Below, in pieces: positions 40,170 through 55,407 of a stretch of 64,000 nucleotides of DNA. Position 1 is the first letter of the stretch; every line of letters begins with the position of its first letter. The notes below the pieces were generated by a model. That model worked only from the letters and a program-made list of their open reading frames with translations, did no database searches and was not told the DNA's origin. Origin of the DNA: Bugula neritina (lineage: Eukaryota; Animalia; Bryozoa); contig OZ037765.1 in assembly GCA_964035545.1 (NCBI GenBank), forward strand, positions 5,404,698-5,468,697, written 5' to 3'. The translations under genes and the position numbers were made by a program.

Positions 40170-43100
40170 TTGCAGCAATTAACAGCATGTATAATTTTAG
40201 TTGAATATATCAATTTATTTGAGAAACTGACAAAGAACAAATTTTAAATTCTGAATTTCAAGAGATAGCAAAAATAACTTTAAAGCCATCCACCATGTCT
40301 TACCCATTGATAATGTTACAAACTTTAAGCTATAAAGTTGTCAATGTTATAGATTTTATAGTTTGGACAGGCTTTATAGTCTTATAAAGACATTTTCTTG
40401 CACTAGATGTAGCATTATTAAACATTTCTGTTAGCATGCTGCACTTTATAGAGTAGTTTGAGAATAGATAATATCTTTTCTAATTTTTCTAGAAATATTT
40501 TCTGAATGATTGTGTGATTGCTTGTGTGTGTTTGTTTGTGGATGTTTGGAGAATTTGAGTTATCCTTTATCTTGCTATGTTTTACTGGAACTTTTAATTT
40601 TTATTACGTTTTTTGGCAACTGACGTAGAGACCATTGGATGTGTACACATTTAAACTATTATGTAAGCTCTAAAGTAGTTATATTTATTGACAAGGGGTT
40701 CTTGACCTTTGCAAAACTTTCATTTACACATAATATAATTATTATTATTATTATATTATAGAAAGGTTACTTATTATACTTACTTTTATAATAATAAAAT
40801 ATCATTGCATATATTGCTAAATGTTGTCCTTACGTAATTTAAGTTGTCTGTTTTTTATATTGTAAGCAAAAATAACTTTCTTTAGGTAGAAATTGCAGGC
40901 TTTACGACACTTTATTGCTTAGGCCTTAGCAGCACAAATTCAACCCTTACCCACAGGAGATGACAACTTCTACTTGAGAAAAGATTATTGGCCAATCGCT
41001 TTTTCGCAGGCATTTGTAAACTAGATTTGTATGATCTGAAATTAGTCAAGTTATTAGCACCACTATTCAGCCTACGCCCTTTTTATGAGGCACAGCGTTG
41101 TATTGGTTTGCACGAGATATGAATTGCTTGTAGAAATTTCATTCGTCTTCAATTGCTGACGTATCTCTCCCAGCCAGTGTTATGTGTCACGCAACGTTGA
41201 TGTAATACAAAGCCCTTCTAACCTATTAAACACATTTGTAAGACAGAAATGCAAACTAAAAGCAATTCATAACGGAGATAAGAAACTTTAAAGTTACAAA
41301 TTTATTACCACTGCCTGATAACAGACTGCTTAATGAAAATTTCATATCTGTAAAGGCAATTAATTTATTTAATGTGTAAACTACTGTCTGCTTTTTCTAC
41401 ATTTTTATAGTCAGGATGATAATTTATTGCAGTTTATCACCATTCACTAAATAGGGGGTTGTACTCTTTGAAATATTATCTTATTTTTTGATCATTTGTT
41501 TATGACATTTTCACATGTTTTATATGCTATAAAAAATCAAGTGTGAACTTAAGTCAATAACGCTCTACGTAACATGTGAAAGTACTGTAGCCATTCTGAG
41601 TTCAACCGTAAACTGAACTTACAAATTTCAACAGGTAGGAATTTGACTCTGCGATACTTCTGTAGAGATAGAGAGTTGCTCTAGGTTTATTTGCAATGGG
41701 CATACAACTCTAGTCTTTTTTAAATATTCAACAAGTCTTTGTTGATGGCTTTATGGGAAAAAATATGGGACGAATTTTATGCTATATGAAAATTAGAACA
41801 CATGGCGTCAACATTTCCTAAGGAATTATGCAACTTTCTTTACGATCATACGCTGCCGGCAGCATCCTTAACCTAAATGTTGACTGACAGACAGTGTTGC
41901 AAGTTTGAAGAGGTGGTTAGTGAGACATATTTTCTATTGACTAATGCAATTATTGGAGTGGGTGCCGGAATATATTATTCAACTATAACCTTAAAAGCTA
42001 ACAGTGCTTAATGTTTTGCTCTTTGCTAACTTGAAAAAAACAATATTTGCAGTCAAATATTTTAGAGTTTAATCGTCACAAAATACTTGTTTTTCTCTTT
42101 AAAAATATATTTTTTTGGCCTGTAGCTCTAGACGTTGCTTTCTCAAGCGTCGCTTTTCTCAACAAACAAGCAAAACTTTTTTATTCTGTGAATTCATAAT
42201 AAGTGTTACAATAAACAAGATGATCTATTTAAATATTATGTAGCATATGAAGAGTTGCATTACCAGCTGTTTATTATAAAAGTTTAAAATTTACTCCTGA
42301 TGTTTTTGTTTGCCAAATATCTTTATCTGTTATCTGTTAGTGTTTTTTTGTCAGTCAAAAAAATAATAAATTATATATTGGTATATGATTAAGTAGACCC
42401 TTACACCCACCCCTATGTTTTGAAAACTTCAAGGAATATCATACAATAGCTTAGATCTGTAACTTAGGCTATTTCTCAGTACTCCAATGTCAGTCAAATA
42501 GGAAATGATGAATAGCTGCAGCCAGATGTTTCGCTGAAACAGTTAGGTAGCTGCTTCATTTAAAAATGATATAAACTAGATATTTTATAGCACTAGATCT
42601 ATCACAGTTTTATGTTTCTGGGGCAAAAATAACAAGCTAAGATAATTTAATATAATTTAATGTTATGGAATATAATATAATGTAATGCAATATGATATAT
42701 CAATATTGACTGCAATTTGTAAACATTTATATTGATTAATTTGGTAGCTTTGAAACATAAATATGTTGTTACAAAATATATGTTTAATAAATATGTTTTG
42801 CAGCGTCTAAATGAAACCTATATCAACATAATTTACTTAAAAATATTGTATTCATGGTTAGATGCTATTTTTATAAGCCATTAGAGTTTTTAAAGTTGTA
42901 AAATTGACAATTGAAGCATTTTCTGCTATTATATAATAATTATTTGCAGAAGGCATGATTTGTAGTAGATATACTATTGAACCTGCTTGGGCTGCATTAG
43001 GCTTGTTGGCTTAGGAGTATAGTTTAAATGATGTCATTTTCTTAAACATTCACCCACAATTACTAAATTTCCCAGTAAAAATGCTGATTATAAATGTTCT

Positions 43101-44196
43101 ACATTATTCAAGCCCTTTTCTGTCAAATATTTTGCTAGAATGTATAAAGGAGTTACAGATATACAAAATCCGTCTTCAAACATTTGAGTCTAGTGTTTTA
43201 AAGACATTTAACAACGGATGAAGTACCCAAGACAAAGCTTTACAATAATGAATAAGAATGTTGTATCAGTCGGTGTTAACTATTGTGATTGAGATTAAAT
43301 ACACAAAGTTATCACCAAAGAAACATCAGTAACTCCCTCTTCGTCTATACTTGATATTTATTTGTTTGTACTTAGCCTTTGATGTTGCCTTTTCACCTCA
43401 TAGCCTGTGATTTATAGACGGTGAGCCAGTTGTTAAGGTGTGACTCACGTGTCAGCCTTAATGCTAATTTTATTCATAGGAAATCATTTAAAAGTCTAAG
43501 CTTGTCAGTTTTTAGATCACGTGACCTCTTTGGTCGACTACCACTGGTTATGTTGTTCTCCGCTGGGCAGAATTAATTTTATTGTATATTTGTAAATGAA
43601 AGCAACAAGTAAGTGAAAACATTTTGAAAAAGTAAAACATATATGTGACAGATTAATTCAAGTGCTTCATTGATACGGGTTTTTAATAGCACAAAGAGAA
43701 TATTGTTTGGGATTGACACAAGACATAATATATAACTTAACAGCACCACTTCTCCTAGTAAATCTATAGCTCAGGTAAGAAATATAACTGTAATATTTAT
43801 TCACTTTGTGGTGCTTAACTGATGCCTGGTATTATAAAGCTAATGCTGTATGTTTTACATGCTTATCGATGAAAAAATAGTTTAAAATCACTGTAACATG
43901 TAGATTGTTAATTAGATTATTGCGGGTTGTAGGCATTAGCATTTCTATGTTCAGTTTTGACAATTTTAAGGCAGCTAAAACAATATCAATTATTATTATT
44001 GATTTTATTTCCTACATAAATGTTATGTAATTGCTTTCCAGGCACAAAGAAGATCCGGGTTTTATTACGTATAAATGCGAGCTTGCAATCCTTCAAATGC
44101 TCACATGTAACTAGCAATGCTTTTCCAGTATTATTTTCCAAATTTAAAGCTACAAATTTTGCCAAAGACGAAAGACACAGTTCAGGAAATACAGTC

Positions 44197-47100
44197 ATGA
44201 AATCCGAACATTCAGTTAGACTCATATTTCTCACTCTAATGGGACTCAATCTCTTTAGGTAGGTTCTGTATTATCTTGTCATTGCTGTAAAATATTACGT
44301 TTACTGCTGCAATGTTGTTTTTCAATTTAACCGGAGAATTTTGCATTCCAATGAAGTTGTTTATTTGTGACTGTCATACATTGCAGTTGATCATTCTACC
44401 TGTGAAAACTTAATTTTCAACCAAAATATTTGAAAGTATTCTGCCATTTTTTCTGTGAACTTTTTATGCACTAAAAACCCTGAAACTTTCTGATTTTACC
44501 AGCATAGTGATTTGTGCACTAAACACATGTTTTAGAGTATAGAAAGACAAATTCCTCAAAAAAATACCATTTAGCTTCACAAAATTCATTCAAATAACTC
44601 TTTTGCTTCTTGTAAATTATCTTATGGTGCATATATATTTTTGCTGCAAAGTACCAATAATCTCATGCAGGTAGTCAATTTTCAGTTTTCCATAAAGAAT
44701 ATAAACTAGTGCTTAGTAAATTATAATATGGGGAAATTTTTACACTGACTTGTTTATTTGCTCTAAAAACTTGAAAATACTAACTTTGATAAATGAGGCA
44801 CTTGTGTGAGACTGACTTCTGGACACTGATTCCTGTAAACATTTGACTAAACAGAATAATTGGCAACTTCAATGTTTCTTGTTGCTTACAGTTTGGTTAT
44901 AAATGATCAGATTTTCTGTTATTATTGTTGAAAGTGTGTTAACAGGAAAATCGCTCTATTTTTGCAAAGTTTATAATAGTTCTGCTAAGGCATGCCTGGG
45001 GCAATTTTACAGCAATGATGTGCTGATGACAACAGTAGATCTTTTTAGATAAGCTTAACATTATTAATCTTTAGTGAGCAATCAAAACTTTGTAGGAGGT
45101 AAAAGATTTTAGAAAAAAAATAAACATTTGTATGGTGTCTGGCAAATGAGACTGGGGGAGGGCTCCCAAGACAATAGTTTTACGTAATAACGGGCTTAAT
45201 TGCTTCAACAATATTTTCAACTTGTATTATTAAATCATTTTAAGGTTTAATGCTGTATAACTTACAGATATTTTAAAACTGATGTGTTTGATAATACTCT
45301 AAGGAAATAATTAGCTGTAACCAATGCTAAACCCAAGAAAGATAACTTGAAAGTTACCCCTGAACTCTCAGTCCATGAACCATATACATAGTTTTAGATG
45401 TTGGATGGTTTTACATGGGAATAAAGCCATGCTTTTTGATTTCCATACTCAATGTGTTGTGTCAGTTATCATCAGCATATTAAATTGCATATAGGTGGTC
45501 ATACAGTTATTCACAAAAGGTGATTTGAATTTCCTCTAGTAGAATAATATTTTCCTAGTTGCTTCGGCATTTCGTCACTTGCTACAAATTATACTACTGA
45601 GTCATTTATAAGCCATTCAATCGTAAGCATACGTAAGTACTACACGGATAGAGATATCAAAGCTGGTTCAATAAATATTTTAGTATTGAGCTTTTTAAAC
45701 TGAAAAGGCCTGTATTTAGTATAAATAGTAGTTATTCTGTATGACTAATAATTTTTAGTACGCCTTCATTTAGAAAATTGCTTTGAAAACTAATTCAAAG
45801 TCATAGTAACCTATTCTAGGCTACTAGAATTCACTATTGCTCAATAAATGGTAAAATGTTACCTGCTACCCCAAGTTCTGTTACCAAGACAACAAATCAA
45901 CAAATTCTCGCAATGAATGCACATGACAATAACAAACTGACTTTGTCAGTGCTCATATGCACTAGGTACTTTGAAAAAGAAGGAGCTCACAACTTACCTA
46001 TATTTTTGCAAAATTATTAGTAAAATTGTATTGCGATTTTAAAAACTCTAAAATGTTTGAGTTTGTGTTTTGCATCTCTATTAATCAAATGTTGCCAGTT
46101 TAGCTTGAAATTCCAATGCAACTAAGTTAGGTTTACTAGTCTTATAGAAATCACAACTACTTTGAACCTTAATGTTGATTAGTTTGATCTTCAAATTTTA
46201 AAGAATTATTTATTTTTTATCAAGTATGTTACAGTTTGGCAATAATCAGTCTAATGGATGTAATAAATGGCCTACTGTAACTGTGCTGTGGGATTGGTAC
46301 ACATGTAACGAGGCCCATTAATCATACTCACTTATCTCAGTAGTCACATGCTAGCTACTGCTGGCTTCCATCAGTAACATTGTTATTAAGGGAATAAACT
46401 AATTAAAAAAATACAAATTAAAGTCATGTTTAACAACTTTTGACATCAAAATACATGTCATAGCTAGTTGACTTCTACGCACTTCATTGCCAATTGTGTC
46501 GGTTTTGTAACAATTGCTATATAAATGTGCCAACAACTTTAGTTGACTTTGAATACTGAAAAATTGAAATATTTGCAGATGGAATTTGTAATGCTTGCTA
46601 TTTTAACATTTAAATTCTTATATTTTGATGAAATATTAATTTCTTTTGACAACAAACATTTTTAATTCTTTCTAAGCTATAAATAAATAATTTTTCTCAG
46701 ATATCTAACTCCACAACTTAGAGAGCAGTCATGGTGTAGCGGTCAAAACACTGGCCTAGCAAACACGAGGTAAATGGTTCAAGTCCAAAAACCAGCGGTG
46801 ATGTTAGGAAAGGTCTCCAGTCACATAATTGCTCCTTTGTCACATTAGAAAAAGTTCCTGTACCAGTTTAAAAAATGTATTCCATCAGGTGCCGAGTACT
46901 CACAGAGATAGTGACTATAAACTCACGTAAGAATTTTTATGCAGCATAATGATGTGGGTATCTTTTTGGTAGTGGTATGATGTCTGCCAATAACTACAAC
47001 CTCAACACAAACACTATTTGCCAGAAGTCTCGCAAGGCCAACATGTCTAGGAAGAATGTGTGCCGAAAGCAGCCTGTACTAAGAGAGCAGGTGGACGCTG

Positions 47101-50100
47101 GTAAAACGTTAGCTATAGAGGTGTGCCAAGAGAACTTTATTGACCGAAGATGGAACTGTACCACTAGCCACTCGTCTCATAGGAAAATCATGAAAACAGG
47201 TAATAAATAGGATATATTGAAGGAAGTGCTTAAGTTGTCGAAATAAATAAAAGTTACCAGTAGTAGGTTAACTAGAGTAGAATGGAAAGTAGTGAGAGAG
47301 TATAACTGCAGCAGTAAAAAAATAACATTTAAGTAAACAATAGCAGATATTTTTGCTACAAAATTGAATAAATAGAAAATTTGGTACTTGACTAAAATTT
47401 GAAAGGAATGGTGAAAAGGGGTATTGACTTTAACTCATACTCATAGACAGTCTAAATAATTGCATCTATAAATTCATTTATATGTTGTTTTTATGTTATG
47501 GAGAGGTAAGAAACAACAAGAAGTTTTGAGCTGCGGTAAAACAAGCCAACAACTACAAATAGCATGTTGAGGGACTACTAACCAATAACTGTTTAAGGGT
47601 TAAGGGATGCGATATCTTTCATCTATACTATTAACTTTTCTTGCTTTAATTGGTTAATGCCAGTAGATTATAATATAATTAATTACAGGATTTCAAACTT
47701 TTACATAGACTATTATTTTGTGATTAGTATTATGCAACAGGTAGAAGTTTCTATAAAAAAACTACTGAGCTGAAATTTTCCACATCTTTTCCTCTAAGTA
47801 TGGAGAAATAAGAATTGTATGACACGGTTATTCTAGTTGACAGAGTTGTGTAATATTCAATATTGCAATAATTATTTAATAGCCCCATATTGTTTTTAGA
47901 ACATATTTGCATAATAGCTTCAACATTAGCAATGGATAGTACAATTAAAATTGTCTATAGAAAAATTGAAGCAGTTTTTTCAAGTATTTGAACAAAGCAG
48001 ACTCATTAGTAAATTCCTTATTTGGGTGGAAACATTCGAAGCTCAGGACATGGGAAATTTGAAAAACTTGCAATAATGATTTAATTAATACTAAGACCAG
48101 CTTTCTGAATTAAGGGTCAAACTGCACATATGTTTACCAAATAGCTTTGATATTTATTTCACCACATCTAAAGAGAAAGTTATTTTGGTGGTAAATATAA
48201 GCGCACTGTTTCAGCTGTCTAGTAACATATAATTTGAATGAATAATATGCTAATTTTTACATTTCTTACTTTCCAATTATCTTGGTTGTTGCATTCAATC
48301 AAGAAGGTGAGCAATGCCTGTCACCATCAAAGGGATTTTCTCTCTGCTTTGTGGTGGAAATGTGTCACACCACCGATACATTGAAGTGATGAATTACGTT
48401 GTTCTAAATTATCTTTCTATTTACATCCCCTTTTCTGAAATTAGTTTTAGTATTACAGCTTTATCAGCTCCCTGTATTACAGTTTGATAAAATCATTTGT
48501 AACTGTAGATTCTGTTGCTATGATCAATGATAGTTGCTATATATTGCATTTGTACACAATGTGAGATAAGATGATATTTACTTGCACTCCACCATTATTA
48601 GCTTTATATGCTACTGTAAATTAACTATTGATAATTTCTATATAAATGTAGGTTATATGGTATTAACACCACTGATAAAATAACTTTAAATCTACAAATA
48701 ATATCACCCTCACAAATTGCATTAAAAATTTTTGTAATAATTTATCAAAACATGTCAATAACAAATTTTCTACATAACGAATGTATCATAATTAACTTAT
48801 TATTATATTATTAGACGGTGTTCATAGCTAACTTCAAACATCATCTAGTGACAAGAAAATAATTTGTAATTTATACAGTTTTAGTAAGTAGCAGTTACAG
48901 CTGCAGGTATGCCCAGACATTGCTCATAAATCACCAAATTATAATATGTTGCCATGGATACGCAGCGGGTAACAAGGTAGACATTACTCAAGTTAATATA
49001 CTAATTGCTGTATGAAGAAATTAGCCAGCACTGAATCATTATTGAAAACTGCAGTATACTGCAACTCGTTTTGATTGTTAGATTTTTACACAGTTATCCA
49101 TGAAAAAGTGTAAAACTCAAATACTTTAAACTGCTATCATTTATATAAGAAACTCAAGTAGATTGCAAGCTCATGAAGCCAGGTTATAGAGCTGTATTTT
49201 AGGCCTCTATATGTTCTTTAGAACAGAATGACTTGAAATGAATATATTTTTTGTCAAACTGGTACAGTGTAGCAAAAATATTCTCCACTTAAAACGAAGG
49301 AGTCATATTTTCTGAACTACCATCTCTTCCGCTAGAAGTTAAATGCGTCATATATGGTGGCATCGTTGAATAGCATAATATATTTCCTAAGAAATGTGGT
49401 TTCTACTGCGATTTAAAAAATAATTCTGAAAGAAATACTAATTAATAATTTAAGTTGATTGAATGTCAATTAACACCATATGGTTTACCATTGCACTGTA
49501 TAGCAAAATACTACTAGTTATATATTATATTGATATTGTATATATCATATTTTACAATATCTTATATTAATTTTATATTGTGAATGTTGTATATTACAAT
49601 AATTTATAGATACCCGTGAAGCAGCTTACCTAAACGCTATAACATCTGCCGGAATACTATACTCAGTGACTCGAGCATGCTCAATGGGCATTCTATGGCA
49701 ATGTCATTGTGATGGGACAAAAAGAGATGTTGCTAGCAATGAGATGTGGTCTTGGGGCGGCTGCAGCGATGACATTGTGTACGGCTATAATAAATCTAAA
49801 CAGTTCACTAAAAACAAACATATCAGTTCAGATATTAAAGAGCTTGTCCGAAATCACAACAACGAAGCTGGCCGCATGGTGAGTGTAACTCTACTTTTAC
49901 GTTTTGTCTCAATATCTTTCATAAATGTATTTTTCACATTTAAAAGCTCTCTGACCCCCCCCCCCCCACTCATTTGTACGCTGAGAATTTTTGAAAGTTA
50001 ATAAAAGACAGGGTATAGACTATAGAGTTGGAAACAGCTGTGGTCTAAGGGTTAGAGCATTGGCTTAGTAAACACGAAGTCATGGGTTCAAACCCCAGTA

Positions 50101-53100
50101 AAGGCCATTGGTGATGTTAGGAAGAGCATCCAGTCATAATTGCTCCTGTGCCAGATATGAATAAGTCCTTGGCCCGTTTAGAAAAAATCATCAGGGGTTT
50201 TCTCACAGGGGTCGTGACTATAAACTTGCGTGAGTGAAGAAACTGTAGAGTGTGTTGCTAATATCTGCTACAATAGAGAGTCTTAAAACTTAGCCTTACA
50301 TAATTTGTACATCCGACACTATAATGCCATCCAATTTAATAGATTTTATTTCGATCTACATATTTTCCTTCTAGTCTTATATTTATACTATACAAAAAAA
50401 GTGCTAGATAGTGGTAATGACCTAAATCTGCTGTGGGCCCAACAGGCGCTCGTTTTCTCATGTTATTACTACTTACTAATTATATTGGAAAGAACTGATG
50501 AATGAGCTTAACATGTGAATACAAATATGATAAAATAATGGACTCATTATCACAGCTCATGCATACATTACATAATTATGCAGAAAGTGAAATTCAGCTA
50601 ATGCATTATATTTCCATCCCATCTCAGACAGGAAATCAAAATGAGTTTAAATGTAGCTTCCGTTGCTCATCAAGCAACATTGTTTTACAATGACACGGTG
50701 CAAGCTTCTTATTCTTCTATTAAATTTATTCCGTGAATTAATGACTACATTGTGGGAACACATGCATGGTTACCCAAAGGCATTTACAATTTTTGCACTT
50801 TATGAAAGTTGGTGTCAAAAATACAAACTTTGCATTTTGAGTAACCAAAATCTTAAAATTTTTGCTGTGAATTAGTTGGATTTACTTACTCAAACATGCC
50901 CATTTGCTTCTTTGTCTATCACTAAATGTATGTATTATGGCACTAATTGATATTATGTTAAGGCTGATTTGTTTTGGGAAAGAAATTCATCACTTTTACA
51001 ACTGTACATGGTGATATCTATGTTTTAAGCTATAAAACTTGAGTAAGACAAGGAGGCGGTGATCTACACCACCCATGCTTATATGCTTTGAGAACTGGTA
51101 CCTGTTGCTGTTACAATAACAGAGATGCTATACTTTAACTTATATTATTAACGTTGCTCTTTAGATTTTATCTTTCATTTTTATGTCGAGCAATCAATAT
51201 AACTAACAGCATTTTAACACCATGGTTATCTTTGAATAAGTAATAAGGAAATTCAGTTAAATTTGTATTTTATTTTTCTTTGTTTACAGTACTTGTTTAC
51301 TCTCACAAGGATTATATTAATTTATGAAAAAATATTGACTAGACTAAACTGACAATATAATTATGATTATCTGTTAGCTAATTTATTTGGTGTTTTTGTT
51401 TAACAATTAATTCTTTCCGAGCTGATAGGTTCCTTTTTTTGCCCAGTTCTATGGATTCCATCAACAATTTTATTTGAAGTATATCATTAATGTTTTCAAT
51501 GCTAATTAAAACCTGCTAATCTGCACTCAAAATCAAAGCATTCTACACTCAATCATGTTATGTCACTGAAACTGTTGGTTATTAATGACTTCTGGCCAGC
51601 TAAACTAATTTGTTTGGTAGCCATTGACCAAATCAAAGTTAGGTTTAATAAACACCTGTGTTTACGAACCACCAAATCACTTAGAGGAACTTCTCAAATC
51701 ACCAATAATTCTTTTATCTGAAATATTTCATCATTACCTAAATGTATTAGCTTTCTGTAGTTGTGCGGTTACTTTTAAAGTTTCAAGGATCTTTAAATGA
51801 ACTATAATGCAAATTGATAATGCCGGTCATGAGCTAAATTTTAATGGTTTTGCCAAAATTAGAAGACATGCGTACTTCCGAACAAAATTTTGGTACAAGA
51901 AATTACTGCACGCTAGACCAAAAATGCGTCCAGTAAAATAGAATTAATTATTAAAATTTCTTTCCTCTGCATTTGCAGAACTAGGTTTTCTTATCATTGC
52001 AGAGAAAAGAATGATAATTTGAGTTTCTCAATCTGAATTAGTTTAGAAAATCTAGTTGCAGTCATCAAACTTTTACAGTATATAAACTTATATATATTTG
52101 TTTAAAACCGTCATAGATCTCTGTGAGATCCCTTGGTGTCAAGAGTTTTCGAACGGAGCTAAGGACTGTGTCCCTCACCTTGGTTTGAGGACTTTGACTA
52201 TGGCACAGAAGCAATTATGATCAGATGCCCTTTCTAAAATCACTAATGGTTGGGGCTATGCTCAAAGCTCTACCAACTAGACTTACTGCTCCCCAAACTC
52301 TCAAACAATTATTTGAAAAGAAAAAAAAGATATTACCTAAATCTTAAAAGATTGTCAATAAAATGTTTTTATTCTTGAAAGTTCTAGCAATATTCAAAGC
52401 TAGGTATGCTACTACAATGATGGGGGTCTGGTTGCACACGCAGCATGACATATAATTAATAACTTTTACTCTCCGTAACCATCTGGAAAACCTGAGTTTA
52501 TATGGTAACAGACTACCAGTAACGTTGATTAGTGAATAGTTTGCTGCACTAAATCATTTACTAGATAGCAGTTGCCAGGGATGCAATGCAGCAAATGGTA
52601 AAATGTGTAGATTCTGTGTGGCAAGTCATGCTGATATTTTTACAGAAATATTGGGAAAAAGTGCCAAATTATAGAAAAATGACAAATATTTAAAACATAT
52701 CCTTGAGTGAAATCTAAAGATAGCTGCTACATATTAAAAAATTGCGAAAGGTAATAATGGTTGTAAAAGCAATGAAGCTCATGTACAAAACTGGCTTATA
52801 ACCAAGTACTTTTCCCTTACTACAGTAAACATTAGTAGGAAAGCGACTTAATATAATATACAATCACCACCAATAGTCTCAATTTAGTGCCTGCTATTGC
52901 CATGGTACTGTTATTCTAAATCATGATATCAAGTATTCACTACATAATCATTGCGTAGGTTTTCATATAGCTATGCAGTGTTTACTACATTTTAAGCTCA
53001 AGATAAACTATTGATAGAAGTTGTATCTTCACTCTTTTAACAAATAAAACAGTATTGACCAGCAAATTTCAGTAAATATAAACACATGCTACAATAAATG

Positions 53101-54991
53101 CTGCCCAAGCCTAAGACCAGTTCTGAGAGCAGTTTGAAGCAAAGTTTATGAGTAGCTGACTCAATATTTGTTACTGGAGGTGTGACTATAACCCTATCAA
53201 AGAACATACCTAATCATAAACTTTTATACTACACAAATTTCGATTATTCAAAGACCAATCCTGTTTATTTTGGTGGCTTCTAATTATTTTATTGCATATA
53301 TCTTTGTTATGAGCTAACTCGAAATGATAAACTTGAGTACAGGTGTTAGCTTGAGAAAACTGAGCTCAAATTCTCAGAGGCTTCTATTATTGGTCAGCTT
53401 TTGCAGCAGATTTACACTCCTTACAGTCTAGTACCTACACTCCTACCTACCCCCACCCCTCTTCACCCACACCCCCACTTACTCTTCTGCACCCACCACT
53501 ACCTTCACAATTTATTTTAATAATTTACTCATACAAGGATGTTTACATAGAGCATATATCAAAACTATTAGCTCTTTTGTTCTTATAAACATGTTTATAC
53601 AATTGCAAATAAATTCCTTTTACAATACAATACTCCAGTGTGATGAATAAAAATTATAATTATTATGTTTAAATGCTAAGTATACAAATACTACACATAC
53701 ACATCTAATCAGCTGTAAAATATTATAAAATCTGACACAATTATTTTAAGTTTAGAATGGTGGCAATAGCATCAACATATTGCAGTTTTCACAGCCACCA
53801 AATCACTGTGATTGTTTCTGCCCTAAACAGTGACTGTAGGCAAATAATCTGGTTATTTACAGTTCCTCAAAGAAAAAACATTTGTAGTATTAAGTCAGTT
53901 ATTCTAAAGTGAAAATGTATATCTAAAATGTGATGGTATTGAGAAAAAGTTTTCAGCTGTATAACCAAAATGCACTCCTATATTGCATTATTAAGTTTGT
54001 CTACTTAATTTCACTCTAGATACCAATAATTATTCGGAGAAAATTATTGCTTGAGTAATCTAGAAAAATAATTAATTCTTGCTTTGGGCCTTTTCATCAC
54101 TTTCTACCAATAACATGACATGATGAGTGTTTAATGGGAATTGCATTGTAGAAAAATTATATAAAATTCCCATAAATCAAAAAATTGGATGAAATTAAAA
54201 TACTTACAAGCATATAACAGTTTCCAATTAAATTTAACCTCCCAACTGTATAACACCCATTGCAATCAATCAAGTGAGAGAGCTCTTGACGACAGCAAAC
54301 CCTCAACTTTCGCTTATTTACAATTGATGGGTCTTCGTAGTACTCAGTATGCTCTTTGTAGGACCAATAAAATATTTTGTATTTTCAAAAACCCAATCTT
54401 ATCAATAGAATGATTTATTCTAAGCATACCCACATTCATTTTGCAATAGAAAAATGTACGGTTAAATTCGAAGGTTTTCATGTGGTTGAAACTTTCATTT
54501 TTAATTTTAATTTTTATTCATATTTTTAGACAATTACTAAAAATATGAGAAGAAACTGCAAGTGCCACGGGCTGTCCGGCTCCTGTACTGTGAAGACGTG
54601 CTGGAGAAATATGCCGCCGTTTGACATGGTTGGAAAGGCACTGAAGGACCGGTATGATGGAGCGCCGAAAGTAACCGGAGACAACGATGGCAAAACTCTC
54701 ATTCCAGAAGGCAAAACTGTAAAACCACCTAGCAACCTTGACCTGGTATACACTGATGAGTCACCAGATTTTTGCGTACCAAATAAAAAATATGGAACCA
54801 GTGGAACAATGGGAAGGTTGTGCAATGCTACTTCCTTTGACCCCGATGGCTGTGATATTATGTGCTGCAACAGGGGATATGAACGTCAGAGTTTTCAAGT
54901 TCGGCAAAAATGTCGATGTAAATTTGTATGGTGCTGCGAAGTTGTGTGTGACACGTGTATAAACAACGTCACAATACATTTGTGTAAATAG
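44197..54991 (+). CDS. Wnt6: Wnt6 (4 coding exons, ~339 aa)
   Basis: Exons 44197-44258 (putative signal peptide, less certain), 46973-47199, 49610-49878, 54530-54991; 1020 nt in frame. DTREAAYLNAITSAG..VTRACSMG.LWQCHC, WSWGGCSDD and CKCHGLSGSCTVKTCW are typical of Wnt6. Confidence 0.88.
46723..46931 (+). mobile_element. tRNA-derived SINE
   Basis: Box A tggtgtagcgg, box B ggttcaagtcc, body ggtgatgttaggaa..ccagtca..taattgctcct and tail gtgactataaact, shared with 50033-50240. Confidence 0.8.
50033..50240 (+). mobile_element. tRNA-derived SINE (same family)
   Basis: Box A tggtctaaggg, box B ggttcaaaccc, same body and tail as 46723-46931. Confidence 0.8.
52143..52293 (-). mobile_element. Degenerate SINE copy (same family)
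   Basis: Reverse strand reads tagaaagggcatctgatcataattgcttctgtgcca..aagtcct, matching the body of the other copies. Confidence 0.6.
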
Positions 54992-55274
54992 TCACAAGTT
55001 GTTCTTTGTTATTCCATGACTCAACGTCCAGTATTTTAGCTTTATTTTTAATATAACAAGCAATCTATAATGTTTTAAAATGTGTACTATTTTTTAAAAT
55101 TATGATACTAAGTATGTCAACTTTAGTATAATATATATATAGTGTTATTTATCAACCTTCTATCTAACTTTGAATTATAAAACTAACTGGCTTTTAAGTA
55201 CAAAGCTAATCTTTTCTTATATACAGTTTTAAGTAATATATCAGCTTAATAAGTTATTGCTGTATGACAGCCTC

Positions 55275-55407
<133 letters not shown>

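Noticed and set aside
46723-46800. Possible tRNA genes here and at 50033, 32980 and 17830
   Set aside because: Box A/B are present but there is no consistent cloverleaf, and they continue into a shared non-tRNA body or are truncated; treated as SINE heads.
53440-53505. C-rich tract, possible G-quadruplex on the minus strand
   Set aside because: Irregular low-complexity sequence with no independent support for function.
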